From positions 8,639,539-8,703,538 of the forward strand of contig OZ316896.1 of assembly GCA_973895155.1 (NCBI GenBank): a DNA stretch of 64,000 bases, given 5' to 3'. The DNA is from Marsupella aquatica. Its lineage: Eukaryota; Plantae; Marchantiophyta. Position numbers and translations under genes: made by a program. Below are positions 36,773 to 49,999 of the stretch, piece by piece; the first letter of the stretch is position 1; every line of letters starts with the position of its first letter. The notes beneath the pieces are model-generated. The model was not told where the DNA came from, did not search any database, and worked only from the letters and a program-made list of their open reading frames with translations.

Positions 36773-36939
36773 AGTTACATACGCTAATACAGGGCAGGGC
36801 TAGGGTTATAGGCTGTAACCTACTCCCGAAACATTCAAAGAAGTTTCCCGGCTGTCGCCGGTCAGTTTCTTTTCATATTCCGGATGCAGGGTTACAGCCT
36901 AGTAACCCTGCGCCCAGACCTGCATTACCCTATACAACT
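36773..36939. mobile_element. Foldback MITE-like element (~165 bp), homologous to 59199-59360
   Basis: Imperfect ~45-bp inverted arms (GGGTTATAGGCTGTAACC / GGTTACAGCCTAGTAACCC). The internal CCTACTCCCGAAACATTCAAA is found reverse-complemented in the 59.2-kb copy. Confidence 0.6.
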
Positions 36940-38338
36940 GGGACTGTCAGACGGGGACTGCCAGATTGAGTTTCCTCCTCCTCCGTTCACACAACATTTT
37001 ACAGTCTAACGAACTCGTGAGCAACTTACTGAGGGGCGTCAGAACCCTCCAAGGGTTTAGGGTAACTTACTGAGGGGCGTCAGATGAATTCGATCTGTAG
37101 TTCTGTACAGAATCAGATGCTCGCTCTGATTAGCGCTCATTAATGATAATTCTCTCTGCACACTGTCCTTCGGAGAATCGGAGAGCACGATGCTGCTGCT
37201 CGGTTGAAACACTTTCATTTCGTATGTAATGGCGAGATTACAAGTAAATTCTGCAATTTGCTAATATAAATGGCGGCCCATGGACACGATGCATTCCATC
37301 GACGACTCGGAAGCGTTCGTCCCTCTCTGAACTGGATTGTTTTACAGTAATCATTTCAGTGGAATTTCATTCCTCTGGGCTCAGGGGCTCATCCTCTCAG
37401 GGCGTGCGAGGAACTGATTGTCGACATATCTGTCGACAAGTTGGCTAACAACGAATCACGTGTGTATAATCAGAGACCTTAATTGACTCACAGGAGCCTT
37501 GAAGACAGTGTTGTTCTACCGAAGACAGAATGTAATTCCTCGTACGCTGCTGTGTACAGTACGAAGTATGCAGCATGTGCAAAAGTGATTTTGTTCAGCA
37601 GAAATTGACAGACGCATTAATGTGGAGCGCATCAACGCAGAGGGTCGTATGCTGACTGTGGTGGTGGACAAATGCTGTATACTCAGAACACATCAAGACA
37701 GTAGACCTATCCGTTTCCATTGGTATGTATGTGTTCGTAATTTGATTTTATGATGGGGGCCCGAAAATGATGCCTCCAAAACCTTTTGGCCACAAAACTC
37801 TATACCTTCATTGATGAATATACAATATTCTAGATTTAAAATCTACATTTGCTTTTACAAAGACAGAATTTCCTCCAGAATGCAACCTTGGACACTGTTT
37901 TTTAGCACATGGATTACTGACCAGGGTAAGTACCGGTGGTGGATTGGGTGCTGTTCTAGGGTAAGATTTCCCGTCCAAATTCACCACATGTTAGTTTTTA
38001 AAAATCATGCTGCCTAAATGCATTGACCATTTAAAAGTTCTGCCTTGCACAATTCCTAAAAGATTAAACTAAAAGAAATCCTTGAAACAGTTTTATGAGA
38101 CAGTAAACAAATTCATTGAAAGAAAGTCCATGGGGCCACTGCTACAGCTTGCCAGAAAACAAGCTAACTGGGTTGGACCCTAAATCCTTAAAACAAGCTA
38201 CCTTGGTTGGACCCTAAAGCCTTAAAACAAGCTATTGTTGTAAGACAAGAAAACTGAGGCTCAGTCCTAAATTTTTACACCGATACCAATAACTTCTCAG
38301 CTCTCAATTTGGTCCCAATAATCAAGTTTGGGTTGGAT

Positions 38339-38635
38339 CTCGGGGGTCTCACAATATGGGGACCTCCCCATCGCCTGCGACGTTTTTAGGCCTTGGACCC
38401 CCTAAAATGTAAGAAACAATTTTTATTTTTTAACCCCTATAAAGTTAGAATATTCTTGGAATATTCTAAAATTTTGATTAAAAAGGCCATAATGTTCTTA
38501 TAAGTCTCAAAATTGAATTTAAAAGAACCTATTGTTCTTCTACAAAAATTCTTAAATTTTCCCTTACAACCAATAAAATGACCCTATCCTTCGTGGCACG
38601 TGATCTATCATTTTTGTGGAAGTGAAACCCCCGAG
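38339..38635. mobile_element. hAT-like MITE (297 bp), copy 1
   Basis: TIRs CTCGGGGGTCTCAC / GTGAAACCCCCGAG. 8-bp TSD GGTTGGAT (38331-38338, 38636-38643). Collinear with 58796-59085. Confidence 0.9.
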
Positions 38636-40531
38636 GGTTGGATTGCCCAAATGTCAAGTCCAGAGGAATGATGTTTTATATATATGTGGAATAGGCAGTG
38701 GGGAAATTGTGGCCATCTAGATCTTCAACATGTAGTGAGTGTCCTCATTCAAAGACTCCTGTCAACAACAAAATGCTTACTAAGGTTCACTCACCCTAGT
38801 CAGATGAGTTGACAATTAAGAGTTGAATATTGTAATTTAGATGAAATGGAACTTGAGATTGGGGAATTGTTGAAACTGGATGGTTTGCCTACAAATGTTT
38901 TTCCATTGAATACACTGAAAGTTGCTTATAGAAAGGGTAGAACAGATTGCCATAGAATTGTTAAAATTGCATCAGGAATGAACAAAGCATTTAGGCGCAA
39001 AGCTAAAATACCAGCGAGGCGTGGAGAGGAACACATTCAGACATCAAGAAAAACAAGTTTTTTCCAAGAAAGTTCATACGACCAAAAGGACCAAACAAGC
39101 TTCAAGCATTTAATGCCCCGATGAGCTCTGTCGCCAATGCCTTATGCTTCCCGGCAATTGTTTGCATCAAGGACCAGCGTAAGAAATCATCCACGTCTCG
39201 AACCTTGTAAAAACTGGCACAGAAACAATAGTAACTCAATTGGCGTCGGGCTACGGAAAGGTTGGTGAGCAATGTGGCATGCCAAGAGAAGTTTCTGGAT
39301 GACCACTTTACAGTACCATGTCTAGAGTCTGTGGACTTGTTTTTCTCAGTTCAAGGCTTATTAAGCAAAATTGAATTAGAGTCACAGAACAATTATTCTT
39401 ACTAGCATTCCTGAGAATGAAGAAGGGTACTTTCGTAATTTTACAAACTTTACAAGCAATTTGGTAAATCTGGCAGCTTGCCGCAGTAATTTGGTAGATT
39501 TCCGTTCACATTATCTTGCAGTTTCCGTTCATGTTATGCGAGTGAAACCCAAACTTTGCCATTCAATAAGATTCCTGCACTCAAAACTCATGACCAGGGA
39601 CATTGGTTTAGTAACGACTGGGAGTAGGACTGAAACCTTCATGAACATGAGACATTTGACAAGATGCCTAGATGGATGAAAGTATTAACCTGGGTAACCA
39701 CAAGATTCTAAAAAATTGTACTCATGTAGACAGTACTACTTCATTGGCACATTGTCGCCCTTCTTCAGAAAAATAGAACTTTGGATGCAGATTTGGATGG
39801 TAGTCTGGGTTTGTAGGATCATGGTTATGCATGATCTTACAAGTCAATGGACCACAATGTTTCACAAACAACCTCAGATGGAAGACCTTAGAGTGGACCA
39901 CAATGTTTTACAAACAACCTCAGATGGAAGACGTTAGAGCAGAGTGAGCATTTTCAAAGTGTTAATTTGAACTATTTAATATATCACTTTTCCTCACGCA
40001 TTCACTATTCTTGGTAGGGGTGAGATAGTTGGGTTTTAGTATTTCTAGGCAGATTCCTTTGCTTGACCCTCCTAGGAAGTTCACCCCCAAGCTCTACTAG
40101 GTTCTTCAATTTGCCATTACTTAGTGTTTCAGGAAGGGTTTCACTGCTTTGTGGTGGGCCTTTGTTTGGTCCAGTGAGATTTTTTGCTTTTTTTTTTGTT
40201 ATTCCCCTTTGATTGGGTTGTTCGCATTTGGGATCTTGTTCTCGTTGAGCACCTTTTGTTTTTTGTTTGATATGTATACCTTTGTATCATATAAAGGATC
40301 ATAATTTGGGTTCTCAAAAATTGTTAGGTGCATCAGAGCATACTTTTCTCTTTGCTAAAAAACCTCTCATCTCAAAAAGGACTTAGTCCATCTGAGCCTG
40401 AATGTCAATGGTGGAGCTCATGGGGGCATCTACACAGCACAGTGTTTACTGCACCTGACTCGGCCACGGTAACGGTAAATGGGCCGAGAGAGATGCAGTG
40501 CACCATCACGCCCGGTAAAGAACTATTATCC

Positions 40532-40810
40532 GCCGACGGTTATATATGTAATAGTTAACCGAAGTGAACTCTCATGCACGTGTAGAAGGGGAGTGAATTC
40601 GGTGAAGTGAGTAGAAAAACTGAAAAGGTGGAGCAGTGCAGTGTTGGTGAGATTGATGTCATTAATCGCGCTTTTCTAGAGCAGCGGAGCTGAGGGCACA
40701 GCAGCAGCAGCAACAGGAAACTCCACCGGCATTGTTTGCAGTCAGCCCAGTCCACTGCTGGAAGCCTGTAGGCAGCTAGAATCATGAGTCTCTCGGTATA
40801 CATATATATA
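40532..40810 (+). promoter_or_regulatory. Putative promoter elements of the DREB-like gene
   Basis: DRE/CRT core GCCGAC (40532-40537), TATA-like TATATAT (40541), G-box CACGTG (40577-40582) and a second TATA-like run (~40802-40810). Short motifs only; the TSS is unknown. Confidence 0.35.
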
Positions 40811-41344
40811 GAGCGATGCCAAGGTAGTAGGAAAGCACCAACCAAATCCATTATGAAACCAGACCTCGAGCCGTATAGTTCACCTCACTTGGTGGCCTCC
40901 CTCCCTTACCAAACCTGAATTTGGAGCTGCTGCTGCTACCACTCCTGCTGAAGTTGAATGTTTGTAACTTCTCATGGAGCAGCGGTCTCACTCACTCTTC
41001 CTCATTGCTGGCTGATGAATGAGTGATTCAATTGATGAGTAGTCGAATTGAGTGGTGTTCTGGAAACAGAGGAACGGGTGTGTAAGAAGAACAGCTGAGT
41101 GTTCGAACAGGGAAGAAGGGAATCAAACGAATTCGTGCGGCGAGCAATTGTACTGGCGCTGGTCTGGACTGAGTTGAGGTAAGCTTAGCTCAGTTTGAGC
41201 TGAGCTGAGGACGAGCTCACTGGCATTGTTGTCCGACTTCAGGAATTGGGTTCGATTGCTGGGATTGTGTTGGGCAAAGGTAGTACTGTAGAGCTGGAGC
41301 CTCGAAGAGTAGGTCTGGGTGGAAATTAAAGCCAGAGAGCCCCT

Positions 41345-42859
41345 ATGAGCAGGACGACACAACTATCACACTCACTTGTGAATTTACGGACGGCGAAGCG
41401 AATGAACACGACGATGGGGGGCGAGAAGGGGCCATCGTCGCTGGCTCTCCGTCGCAGCACAGCAATGGCGTTCTTGAATCCAACTGGGAATAGCTTCTAC
41501 CCGAGCACTCCGCCGCCTTGTACTGGCGAGGAGTTCGATTTGCTTGACTTCGGTAGTGCAAGCTACAGCAACGTCGGTCCCGATGACGATCCTCTGTGCC
41601 CCCGTTCGCCATGCTCGTACCCAAGTCACCCTTTGTTGTACTCCTCTCGAGCGGCGTCAGTGTCACCTCCTGCCTCGTACGCTGGAGCGCGAGGCTCATC
41701 AGGCTTTTTCTCTCGAAGCAGCTTCACCTCGGAATCCAACGAAGACTCGCCTCTCAGTGAGGAAGCCTCCATGTTTCCGACGAGCGATTTGGTCTGGGAT
41801 CATCAGTCGTTCGGTGGGTTCAAAGACGATTGTGATTCTCTGACGTCTCTGTCCGATATTGACTTGGAAATTGGCGACGGCATTGGAGCTTTGGTGTCTA
41901 CTAAACTCGGGGGGGCGCCCACCGATGAGAATTTGTGCAGCAGCAGCAAGAGCGGGACTCCGACCAAGGTGACCTCTTCGGAAAGTAGGAAGCGTCCGAG
42001 GCGAAAACCTCAGGAAGATACTCGACACCCAGTGTACCGAGGTGTGCGGAGGCGAAGTTGGGGTAAGTGGGTGTCCGAGATAAGGGAGCCAAGGAAAAAG
42101 TCTCGCATTTGGCTAGGCTCCTTTGCCACCCCGGAGATGGCAGCCAGGGCATACGACGTCGCTGCCCTGAGTCTCCGAGGGTCTGCGGCACTCCTCAACT
42201 TTCCTGAGAGTGTGTCCACACTTCCGCGACCATCAGTGATCTCTCCCAAAGCAATTCAAGCAGCTGCCACCGCAGCGGCTTTTTCTCTACCAGTGCAACA
42301 ACACTGTGAGCCTCTTCGTACCACGAGGAGCAGCAGCAAGTGCAGCACTGCAACAGGCGCCAGTCCGCTGGCGCCTTCCACACCGGAAAAACTTGGGCCC
42401 TCGAAGAGAAGTATTTCGACGATTTCTCCGATTTCTCAGAGGCGATGCTCTAGTGGTCCGGTGCTCCAAAAGTCCGCAGCAAGACCCGCAGCAATTCGAG
42501 CGAAATGTGCTCGGCAGCTGTTCAGTTGCAGCTCAGAGGACTTGTTGGCTGAAAGATACAATGCGGACATTCTACCAAGCCCCAGCTCCTCAGGTTGTGA
42601 TACTGACAGCGGTACAGTGACTGGAGGACAAGATAATGTCACTCGCGCTTCAACACCCGAAGTGAGCATGTTCCATGATGAACCATCCTATTTGGATGAG
42701 GACCTATTATTCGACATGCCAAGTATGCTGTCCAGCATGGCCCAAGCAATGCTTTTGAATCATCCTCTGGAAGAACAACAGCCAGAGCCTTCGAATTTGA
42801 CTTACTTCGACGACTCAGAGAACAATCTGGTATGGGAATCGGACCTCTGGAGTCTCTGA
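41345..42859 (+). CDS. AP2/ERF transcription factor, DREB subfamily (group III, TINY/A-4-like), intronless, up to 504 aa
   Basis: AP2 domain [60 protein letters not shown] (~42026-42205) with DREB-type V14/E19. It is followed by LPRP and IQAAATAAA motifs, and by C-terminal [15 protein letters not shown] and DLWSL. The true start may be a downstream ATG (41402, 41414 or 41465). Confidence 0.93.
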   Translation: MSRTTQLSHSLVNLRTAKRMNTTMGGEKGPSSLALRRSTAMAFLNPTGNSFYPSTPPPCTGEEFDLLDFGSASYSNVGPDDDPLCPRSPCSYPSHPLLYSSRAASVSPPASYAGARGSSGFFSRSSFTSESNEDSPLSEEASMFPTSDLVWDHQSFGGFKDDCDSLTSLSDIDLEIGDGIGALVSTKLGGAPTDENLCSSSKSGTPTKVTSSESRKRPRRKPQEDTRHPVYRGVRRRSWGKWVSEIREPRKKSRIWLGSFATPEMAARAYDVAALSLRGSAALLNFPESVSTLPRPSVISPKAIQAAATAAAFSLPVQQHCEPLRTTRSSSKCSTATGASPLAPSTPEKLGPSKRSISTISPISQRRCSSGPVLQKSAARPAAIRAKCARQLFSCSSEDLLAERYNADILPSPSSSGCDTDSGTVTGGQDNVTRASTPEVSMFHDEPSYLDEDLLFDMPSMLSSMAQAMLLNHPLEEQQPEPSNLTYFDDSENNLVWESDLWSL

Positions 42860-45800
42860 AGTCATGAAGTCAGTCTTCCTTCGAACCACGTAGGATGTCG
42901 GAAGTGACTTGGGTTCGCCACACTGTACATAAATAACTTCGAAATCGGTGCGGATCGAGCTTCATGGTCAGGGGATATCTATATTTTACGGTACCTCGTT
43001 TGCATGTCGTATATTCTCAGCTGAGGGTACCTCGAGTCAAGGAATTGGACTCGAAATTTACATAACATAATATGGAGCTGAAGAGAGCGAAGATAGATGA
43101 CAATACTAGCTTTCACCATGGAAAAAGCAATGCCGTCTAGTTTCACTCGTACAGTAGCTAGTGCCGGTCGACGCATGCTAATCATACGAAGTGCCCAGCT
43201 TGAATCCTGGGTACGTCAGTTCCAGAGGATTTTCCGCAAATTGCGGCACACAGTTTCGTAGACAAGGAAGGAGCTGGTCGACCCGTCCCGCAGCTACAGC
43301 CGCATTGGCGAAGTCGAATTTCGACTTACACCAGATTCTCCAGGCGCATGAGTCAGCACGCAAATGAGCAAGGTGGATTATAACCATCTTTCGAATTAGC
43401 ATATCGTCTGCGGGCGGTATCCAACATCTCCGAATTGGATTGGAATGTCGCCACAGTCACTCAGCTGCAGATATCATCTCGTGTCTTGCAGACCAGGCCC
43501 TTGGGGATCGAGTTGTTCAAATAATTTTTCGTCCTATCGACTATGTACAATGATTGTTACTATGTACGCAACTTGTCTCAATAACATTAATTCAGGTTTC
43601 CAGTCACAGGGTAGGCGATTTAATCTGATGTTTACACTAGTTCGACCTATCGACTATGTACAACGATTGTTACTACGAACGCAACTTGTCTCAATAAGAT
43701 TGATTCAGATTTCCAATCACAGGGTAGGTGATTTAAGATGTTCACACTGGAAGGGGTAGTAAGTAGACAGGTCAACTTCGGTCGATCCCCTTGCCTCAGC
43801 ATCTAGTACTACTAGACAATAAAAGACCCTGTTGCATATACATTAGCAATTAGCTCAGCTGAGTAGAGACCAGCTGAACTACTCAGAGTTAGATATATAT
43901 AGCAAGCCTAGTTCAATCCCTGAGCTAGAATGGGCTATCGCGGTGTAAGTTTGTCTCGAACACTAACAATCAATGCGAAAGAATCGTTAAGCAAGTCTAA
44001 TCTCGACCACTTTGCCGGAACCACCCGTGTGAGCCCCCAAATTCTTTTGCTCCTGAGCTATTTGGAGGATTAGACCTGTATGTACGATGCTCATGCATCA
44101 CTTCAAGCGTTTATAATCATGAAATTCCCCTGAGATTCGCCATCAGACTGGGGATGGTCTTCCAAGTCATGTCGGTTCTGCAAGCTCTTGGCTCGACTTG
44201 ATATAAAGGTACAGTTGATTCTTTGCTATTGTACTTTTTGGAGCTCGCTCCTTGAGCATATGAATTGACAAAACCTTTGAATCCTCAAAAGCAACTCAGC
44301 TTCCAACGTACATAGCAATTGTCTCTCCGAATCGATTTGCCTTGTATTCCGCGTGAACCTGGATACGACCAGGTACACTAGTTAACTAGCTTCCCGTTGA
44401 GTGCCTGTTTTGAATCGCACGAGCAAGTTGTGAGGCATAGAGCTGGAACTAAGGTAGTGCCGAGAATTTGTGCTCAGGCAGTGTTGTTATTGCGTATTTG
44501 TTTTTCGGTTTATTTTTTGTCCTTTAGGTACTATGACTTCAGCGCAACGTTGAATACGTCAGTGAAGTGCCATGTATTGTTATACATCGTACTTACATTC
44601 CAGTACATAGATTCCCACTCGGCAGACGCCAAATACATTGGTGGCCAACGAGGCAAGGCTTGGGTAGGCGGATGCATGTCATTGAAGACTGTGAAAGAAC
44701 TTTACGGGCTGGGCTCTTCATTAGTGTATTATTTTTGTCTGGCAATTTTCTCTGCAGACCCACGAACGAGGCTAGCAAGTGAAGCACATATTATAATTTG
44801 GCCCTGAATTGGCCGTGAGAAATGTACGGTCCCGGCCACGAATGGATACCAGGGACGCCACACATGATCGCGCCGGACTGGAACTGCTGGGCTCTGGCTA
44901 GCCCTGCAGTCCAAATATATCATGATACCTACTGCCTGCAAGTAGACAGGCCAAGGCAGGTAGTGAGTGAGTGAGTGAGCGAGGGCACTAACTTGCTGCA
45001 GGCCCAGGCCAGCCAGCGCCGGGATGCAGAGGGTATCTCATGCACGCGCGACTGTAGCCAACAGTAGCACTTAAGATTTATTCGCTCATCGATTATTCAG
45101 TTTTTTTCAGTGTACCCCTCTTGAATGATATTGGAATTGTTTCTCTCCAGCTCGATGATCTAACAGTACTGTGTATGTCTGGATGGTCTTTGAGGATGAT
45201 TGAGTGTTGTGCGGGAGGGTTGGTATGTTGGCTCCAAAGTTAGTACAGAAGCAAAAACTGGCAGCTTCCAAGAGGGCTGGATGCTCTTGGATGATGATCG
45301 AGTTTTGGGGAACCGATGAACGGACGACGTGACATGTATCCGACATTTGAGTTTCTTGCGAAAAGAGCAAACAAGTTCGCGCTGCATATCGCCTTTTCCT
45401 TTTGCCGGAAACTCCGCGTGTCGTATCCTGCTCAAAAGGTCCATCAAAGTCATGTGGGACCTTTAATTTGCCCAACCTTGAGCTCTAAAGTTCTACTGTA
45501 TTGGACGGAATCGGTCAGCGTCTGACCTCGAAAGCCCTTAGTCGAGCGTCGGCCTCTGACGACAGTCACCATATGATTTCTCTTAACCCCTAGATCGATC
45601 TGGAGGCACCCACAAGGAGAACAGTTTGTTGATGATTACTGCATGAAAAATCTTTTTCATTATGCCACGACATTTCCTTTCCATATTGTCAAGTCGATCA
45701 GCGGCCCAATCGCGTGGCCTGACGCAATCACCTTTCTCTAAGAAAAGTGTTCTCGATGCTCGTCTTGCGGGAAAGGTGGAACGAGCCGATGGAGGAGAAA

Positions 45801-47857
45801 CACACAATCGTATGAGATCGGTCAATACTCAACACATAACGCTCACTTACATGCAAAGCATCATTGCTATAAGTTCAACACTAGTGAAGGAGATTGAAGA
45901 ACTGGTTGGGACGAAACCCGAGACGAAATGATAAAAAGAGTCCAACACAAGATTGGAGACTGATCGATGTGCACGGGGTTCATAGGATACTACAGTACGA
46001 GTCAACACATCGCTTGGTCCAGGAATGCTAACTAGTATAAGTACTATTTTGCCGGATTTGCTTCTGAAGTCAAAATCCATCGATCCATGGGTCTCCCTAT
46101 ACCTTCCAATCAGATCATGTTAGTACTATGCACGTCGTCCTAAGAAGTAGATCTAAGCACTCCTTGTGAATGATGGCAGTGTTCACATCAGGCATCGGAG
46201 CTTTGCAGCTCAACGATCGATTTGATTGGTCAGACCTCGATCGCCGTAGTCAGTGTTCATTAGGAGACAATGTCTGTGTGTGTGTATCTAATAACTAAGC
46301 GTGTCCTGATACAATTGACTTATTCGAAGCATGATTGTGGCCCGTTTCAATCGAATTGGCATCCATGGATCAATCAGGCTAGATGATTTTATACAGTACT
46401 TTGAGCTGGCTCTCTCTCACTGTAGTTCGTACTACTAGCTCCATCGGACGTCGTCTGATGGCATATCAAAGAATGTCACAAAGTTGTGTCATTGTGAGCT
46501 CGGGATAGGAACTTACTGAAGGTAACATGAGGAATCGGTGCTAGACTGCTAGGCATTATCATTCATGAGATCATCATCCGAACAAGGTCCTCTTCGCTCG
46601 ATCGTTGAGCACGGCTGATGATGTAATGCAGCCTGCCTGCCTGCCTGCCTGCCTGCAGAGTATGGTAGTGGCCGGGCCGGGCAGAGTATTTCTGGCCTTT
46701 AACGTTTTCGCACCGTACGAATGTGGATTGAATAACAGGCATTGTGATGCTGAATAAGAACGCGTCTAGTTAAGCCAGAAATCCAAGTCTGGTTGGCCAG
46801 GCATGCGATTGAGGGAGGCACCTCTGAAGAACTTACTTCCCCAGCGTCACTCGTATCGATCGGAATGCCAGAAGTCCAGAAGTCCAGAACTGCTGACGAC
46901 TCACGTGCGCCTGGACCACAATTACTACTGTGCGCCAGGGACACTAGTAAGTGAACTAAATCTTGTCGAAGAGCCTAGCATCTCTCACTCGTGGAGTGAC
47001 ACCCAATGTGGCACCATGTCTGGCTGGCTCGCTGCTAGCTACCGTTCCATTCGAGCCATCCACGATCATGACGTCGTGCTCGTCACATAGATTGAAGCAG
47101 CAGTTGCAGTAGGAGTAGCCGAGCTGTAGTTTTGCTCGATGACTTATAGACCCTGTTTTGTCGTCGAATAATATATTGTTCCTGGCTCGCTTCTCGTTCG
47201 TCCGTCAGGACTTCCACTCCTCCCGTAGTCCCCTCCTTCTGTCATTGTGCCGACCGACTGCACACCATACTGTCATGATGCAACTCTGATCCATGGCAAG
47301 ATAAATTATGAATGTCGATCCGGCAACAGCCAATTCTCCCCACCGTGGCATCCTGTTAGAGAGACCTACTGTAGATGATGCAAATTTTAAGCGGAAAACA
47401 AGGCAAATCAGGCTACAATAGTTCCAAATTAAGTACATGAGGAGAATCAGTACAAGGCCTTTTTGTTCCAAAGTACACGGAATGAAAAGAACTGACAGTG
47501 ATCTGGGACATTCATTAGGACAATTAGTGAGAATTGGATCCGGTACAATATTAGGACCATTAGTGAAAATTGACTAATGATGGACCATTAGTGAGAATTG
47601 GATACGGAGTAAAAGTGAAATCGAATCACTGAATGAAGTATTCCAAGGCGATCTTTCCAGGTGAAAAATGTAGAGAGTGAATGACAGCATTTAATGTCCA
47701 AAATTTATGACTCCGGAGGAAAAAGCCAAGGATCATTATTATCCACCTTTGATGATCTAATAATGTATTTCCGTAGATCAGCACTCATTAGTAGTAGGGA
47801 CCGACTTCAGGAAAATGGTCCCACTGGGGCATCTCAAAGCTTCCAAATAGTATGCAC

Positions 47858-48500
47858 GATTCCAAACTATGCATGATGATTTTAGATCATAAATGCATGG
47901 TCATCACAAGAATATGTGAAAGGTCTATTTATTTATATTTTTTGATAATTTTTATGGCAAAAAGTTATGGATAAATTTGGTAGTCCATAAATTTCCAAAT
48001 AGTATGTATTATTAAAACGTCAACTCAAGTTTACTTTTAAGAGCTTAGGTTTAGAGTAAAATCTCTAGACCATAACTCTATGATCATCATGTGCATGGGA
48101 GAAACTCATGACATGATGTATGTACATACCAGTTTTACTTGATAATTTCTATATGCACTATGGCCCCACCACAACATATGTGCATTAAAAAATACTCATG
48201 TGCACATAAAGAAGAAGGGTATATTATATATGACTATTAAAATGATGAATTTTTTTATCATTTTATTAACCTTCAAAGAATTTTGATAATTTTTTTATTC
48301 TACTCTCTGCTATTTACGTTCAAAGAACGGGTAGTCGGGGCTAATGATTCCAAACTCTGCATGATTATTTTAGATCATAAATGCATGGTCATAAATTTTT
48401 CACAAGACTATGTTAAAGTTATATTATTTATTTATTTTCATTTTTTTATAATCTTCATAATCTTCATGGCAAAAAGTTATGGATAATTTGGTAGTCCATA
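47858..48500. repeat. Direct repeat of ~130-150 bp, about 490 bp apart, in AT-rich DNA
   Basis: GATTCCAAACT.TGCATGAT.ATTTTAGATCATAAATGCATGGTCAT...ATGGCAAAAAGTTATGGATAA.TTTGGTAGTCCATAA at ~47858 and ~48345. Confidence 0.75.
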
Positions 48501-49572
48501 ACTACAGAGATAAGGTCATCAAATTTTGAACTTTGCAATGCCCAACTTTAAGAAGAAGTCTGCCACGGTAGTTTTGGCATTTCTTTCTTTAATCAAATGA
48601 ATCTCCACCGTTGATTAGAACTGCCCGGGCTACCTTTGCTTTAGAAAAGTCTTGCGGCAACTTTGATTCTGGGACAGGTCAAACTTACATGACACCCTGG
48701 TTCAAACGGTTTTCTGCACACATGGTACTCTCAATCGGTCCTAAGACGAAGCATGTTCATAGAGGTACATTTGTTTGATGGACCCTCCAAAAGGAATATT
48801 AAAATGTTACTTCATAGGACCCTGAGGTTTTGGGGCTCCATCATGCATATATCTGCAATTTCATATGTGCTCCAATCTTCTGCCCCTTCTCCAATCTTCT
48901 GCCCCTTCTGTCTCCCAGTCCTTTCATCATTCTGTGTGTGTGCAACTATGGATATGGGCCAGGGATTATTGTCCGGGTCAGCACCCCCATGAGCTCCCCG
49001 CCCAGCCCCTCTATCTGTCTCCTCTTTAGAAGAAGTATGTGGCACTGTTTTCGATTTCCTGCCTTGTTCAGGCTTAGTAGACTAGTCATGAAACCTAAGC
49101 CATGCAAAGTCGCAGCATGGTTAAAATGCATCCCCTTTGTCGTTGCGTCCCAGAAATTGCACATCAAAATGTGACAATACATGAAGCTTTATAAATAACT
49201 CTTAATAGTGATTTAAGGAAATTTAAGTGGATAGGTATCATGGTATAGAATGACATAGTACACCTTATATTGTCACATGTTGTGTAGGGTAACACATTCC
49301 CAAAAGGAGTAATGGGATGTAATCCCCAAGGTGGTTAGAACCTCACCACAGGATTACATCTCATTATGCCCAAGTGGAGATGAGTTACCAAACTTAAATC
49401 CCAAGTGTATTTATGGACCATTGATTATATCTTTATATTACAAAAATCTCATATGTCATTATCTTCCACTTGTACCTTATCATATTTCTCATTCAAATGT
49501 GAGAATGCGCAGGCCAGGCTGGCACAAGGTTACGGGGCCTTACCCAGGGGTAATGTTTCATAATAATAATAA

Positions 49573-49687
49573 TGTTAGAGTCTGAATGAGAATGAATCAT
49601 GTATAGTCTGTGGCGGTTGGTACATATAGTGGTGCCGGTCCGGTGACTGGTTGATCCGGTCGTCCGGTCACCAGGTAGAGTCTAACA
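49573..49687 (-). repeat. 3' LTR of copia copy 2 (115 bp)
   Basis: TGTTAGAGTCTGAATG...GAGTCTAACA, identical to 55958-56072. Confidence 0.97.
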
Positions 49688-49999
49688 CTCCCCTTTGGAT
49701 ATATAGTGACAACTATGTAGACAACATAGACTATACCTATTATATCATGTTCATAGAAAATACATGATATAAGTACAAGCGAGGTAGATTGCCTCGTTAA
49801 AAAACCTTTATCAACTCTAGCTTAGTAAAAACTCTACCAGTGTAGCACAGAAAAAATATGAGTGCTAAAGGAAAAAGAGTGCAGCCTAACAGTCCTCGTC
49901 ATAATAAATGTCAGTATTAAATAAAGTCAGATGTTATAGTAAATCTAGCTTTAATATTTGTCTCAACGGTAGGTCGTCAGCATCATGTCATCAACAGCA

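Noticed and set aside
37021-39940. Short direct repeats with spacers (37021-37083, 38157-38235, 39850-39938; also 2965-3042 and 18747-18822) as a CRISPR-like array
   Set aside because: Only two or three units each, simple tandem duplications, eukaryotic context and no cas genes.
41123-42669. Many minus-strand and off-frame ORFs over the AP2/ERF gene
   Set aside because: Shadows of a GC-rich coding region with no recognisable motifs.
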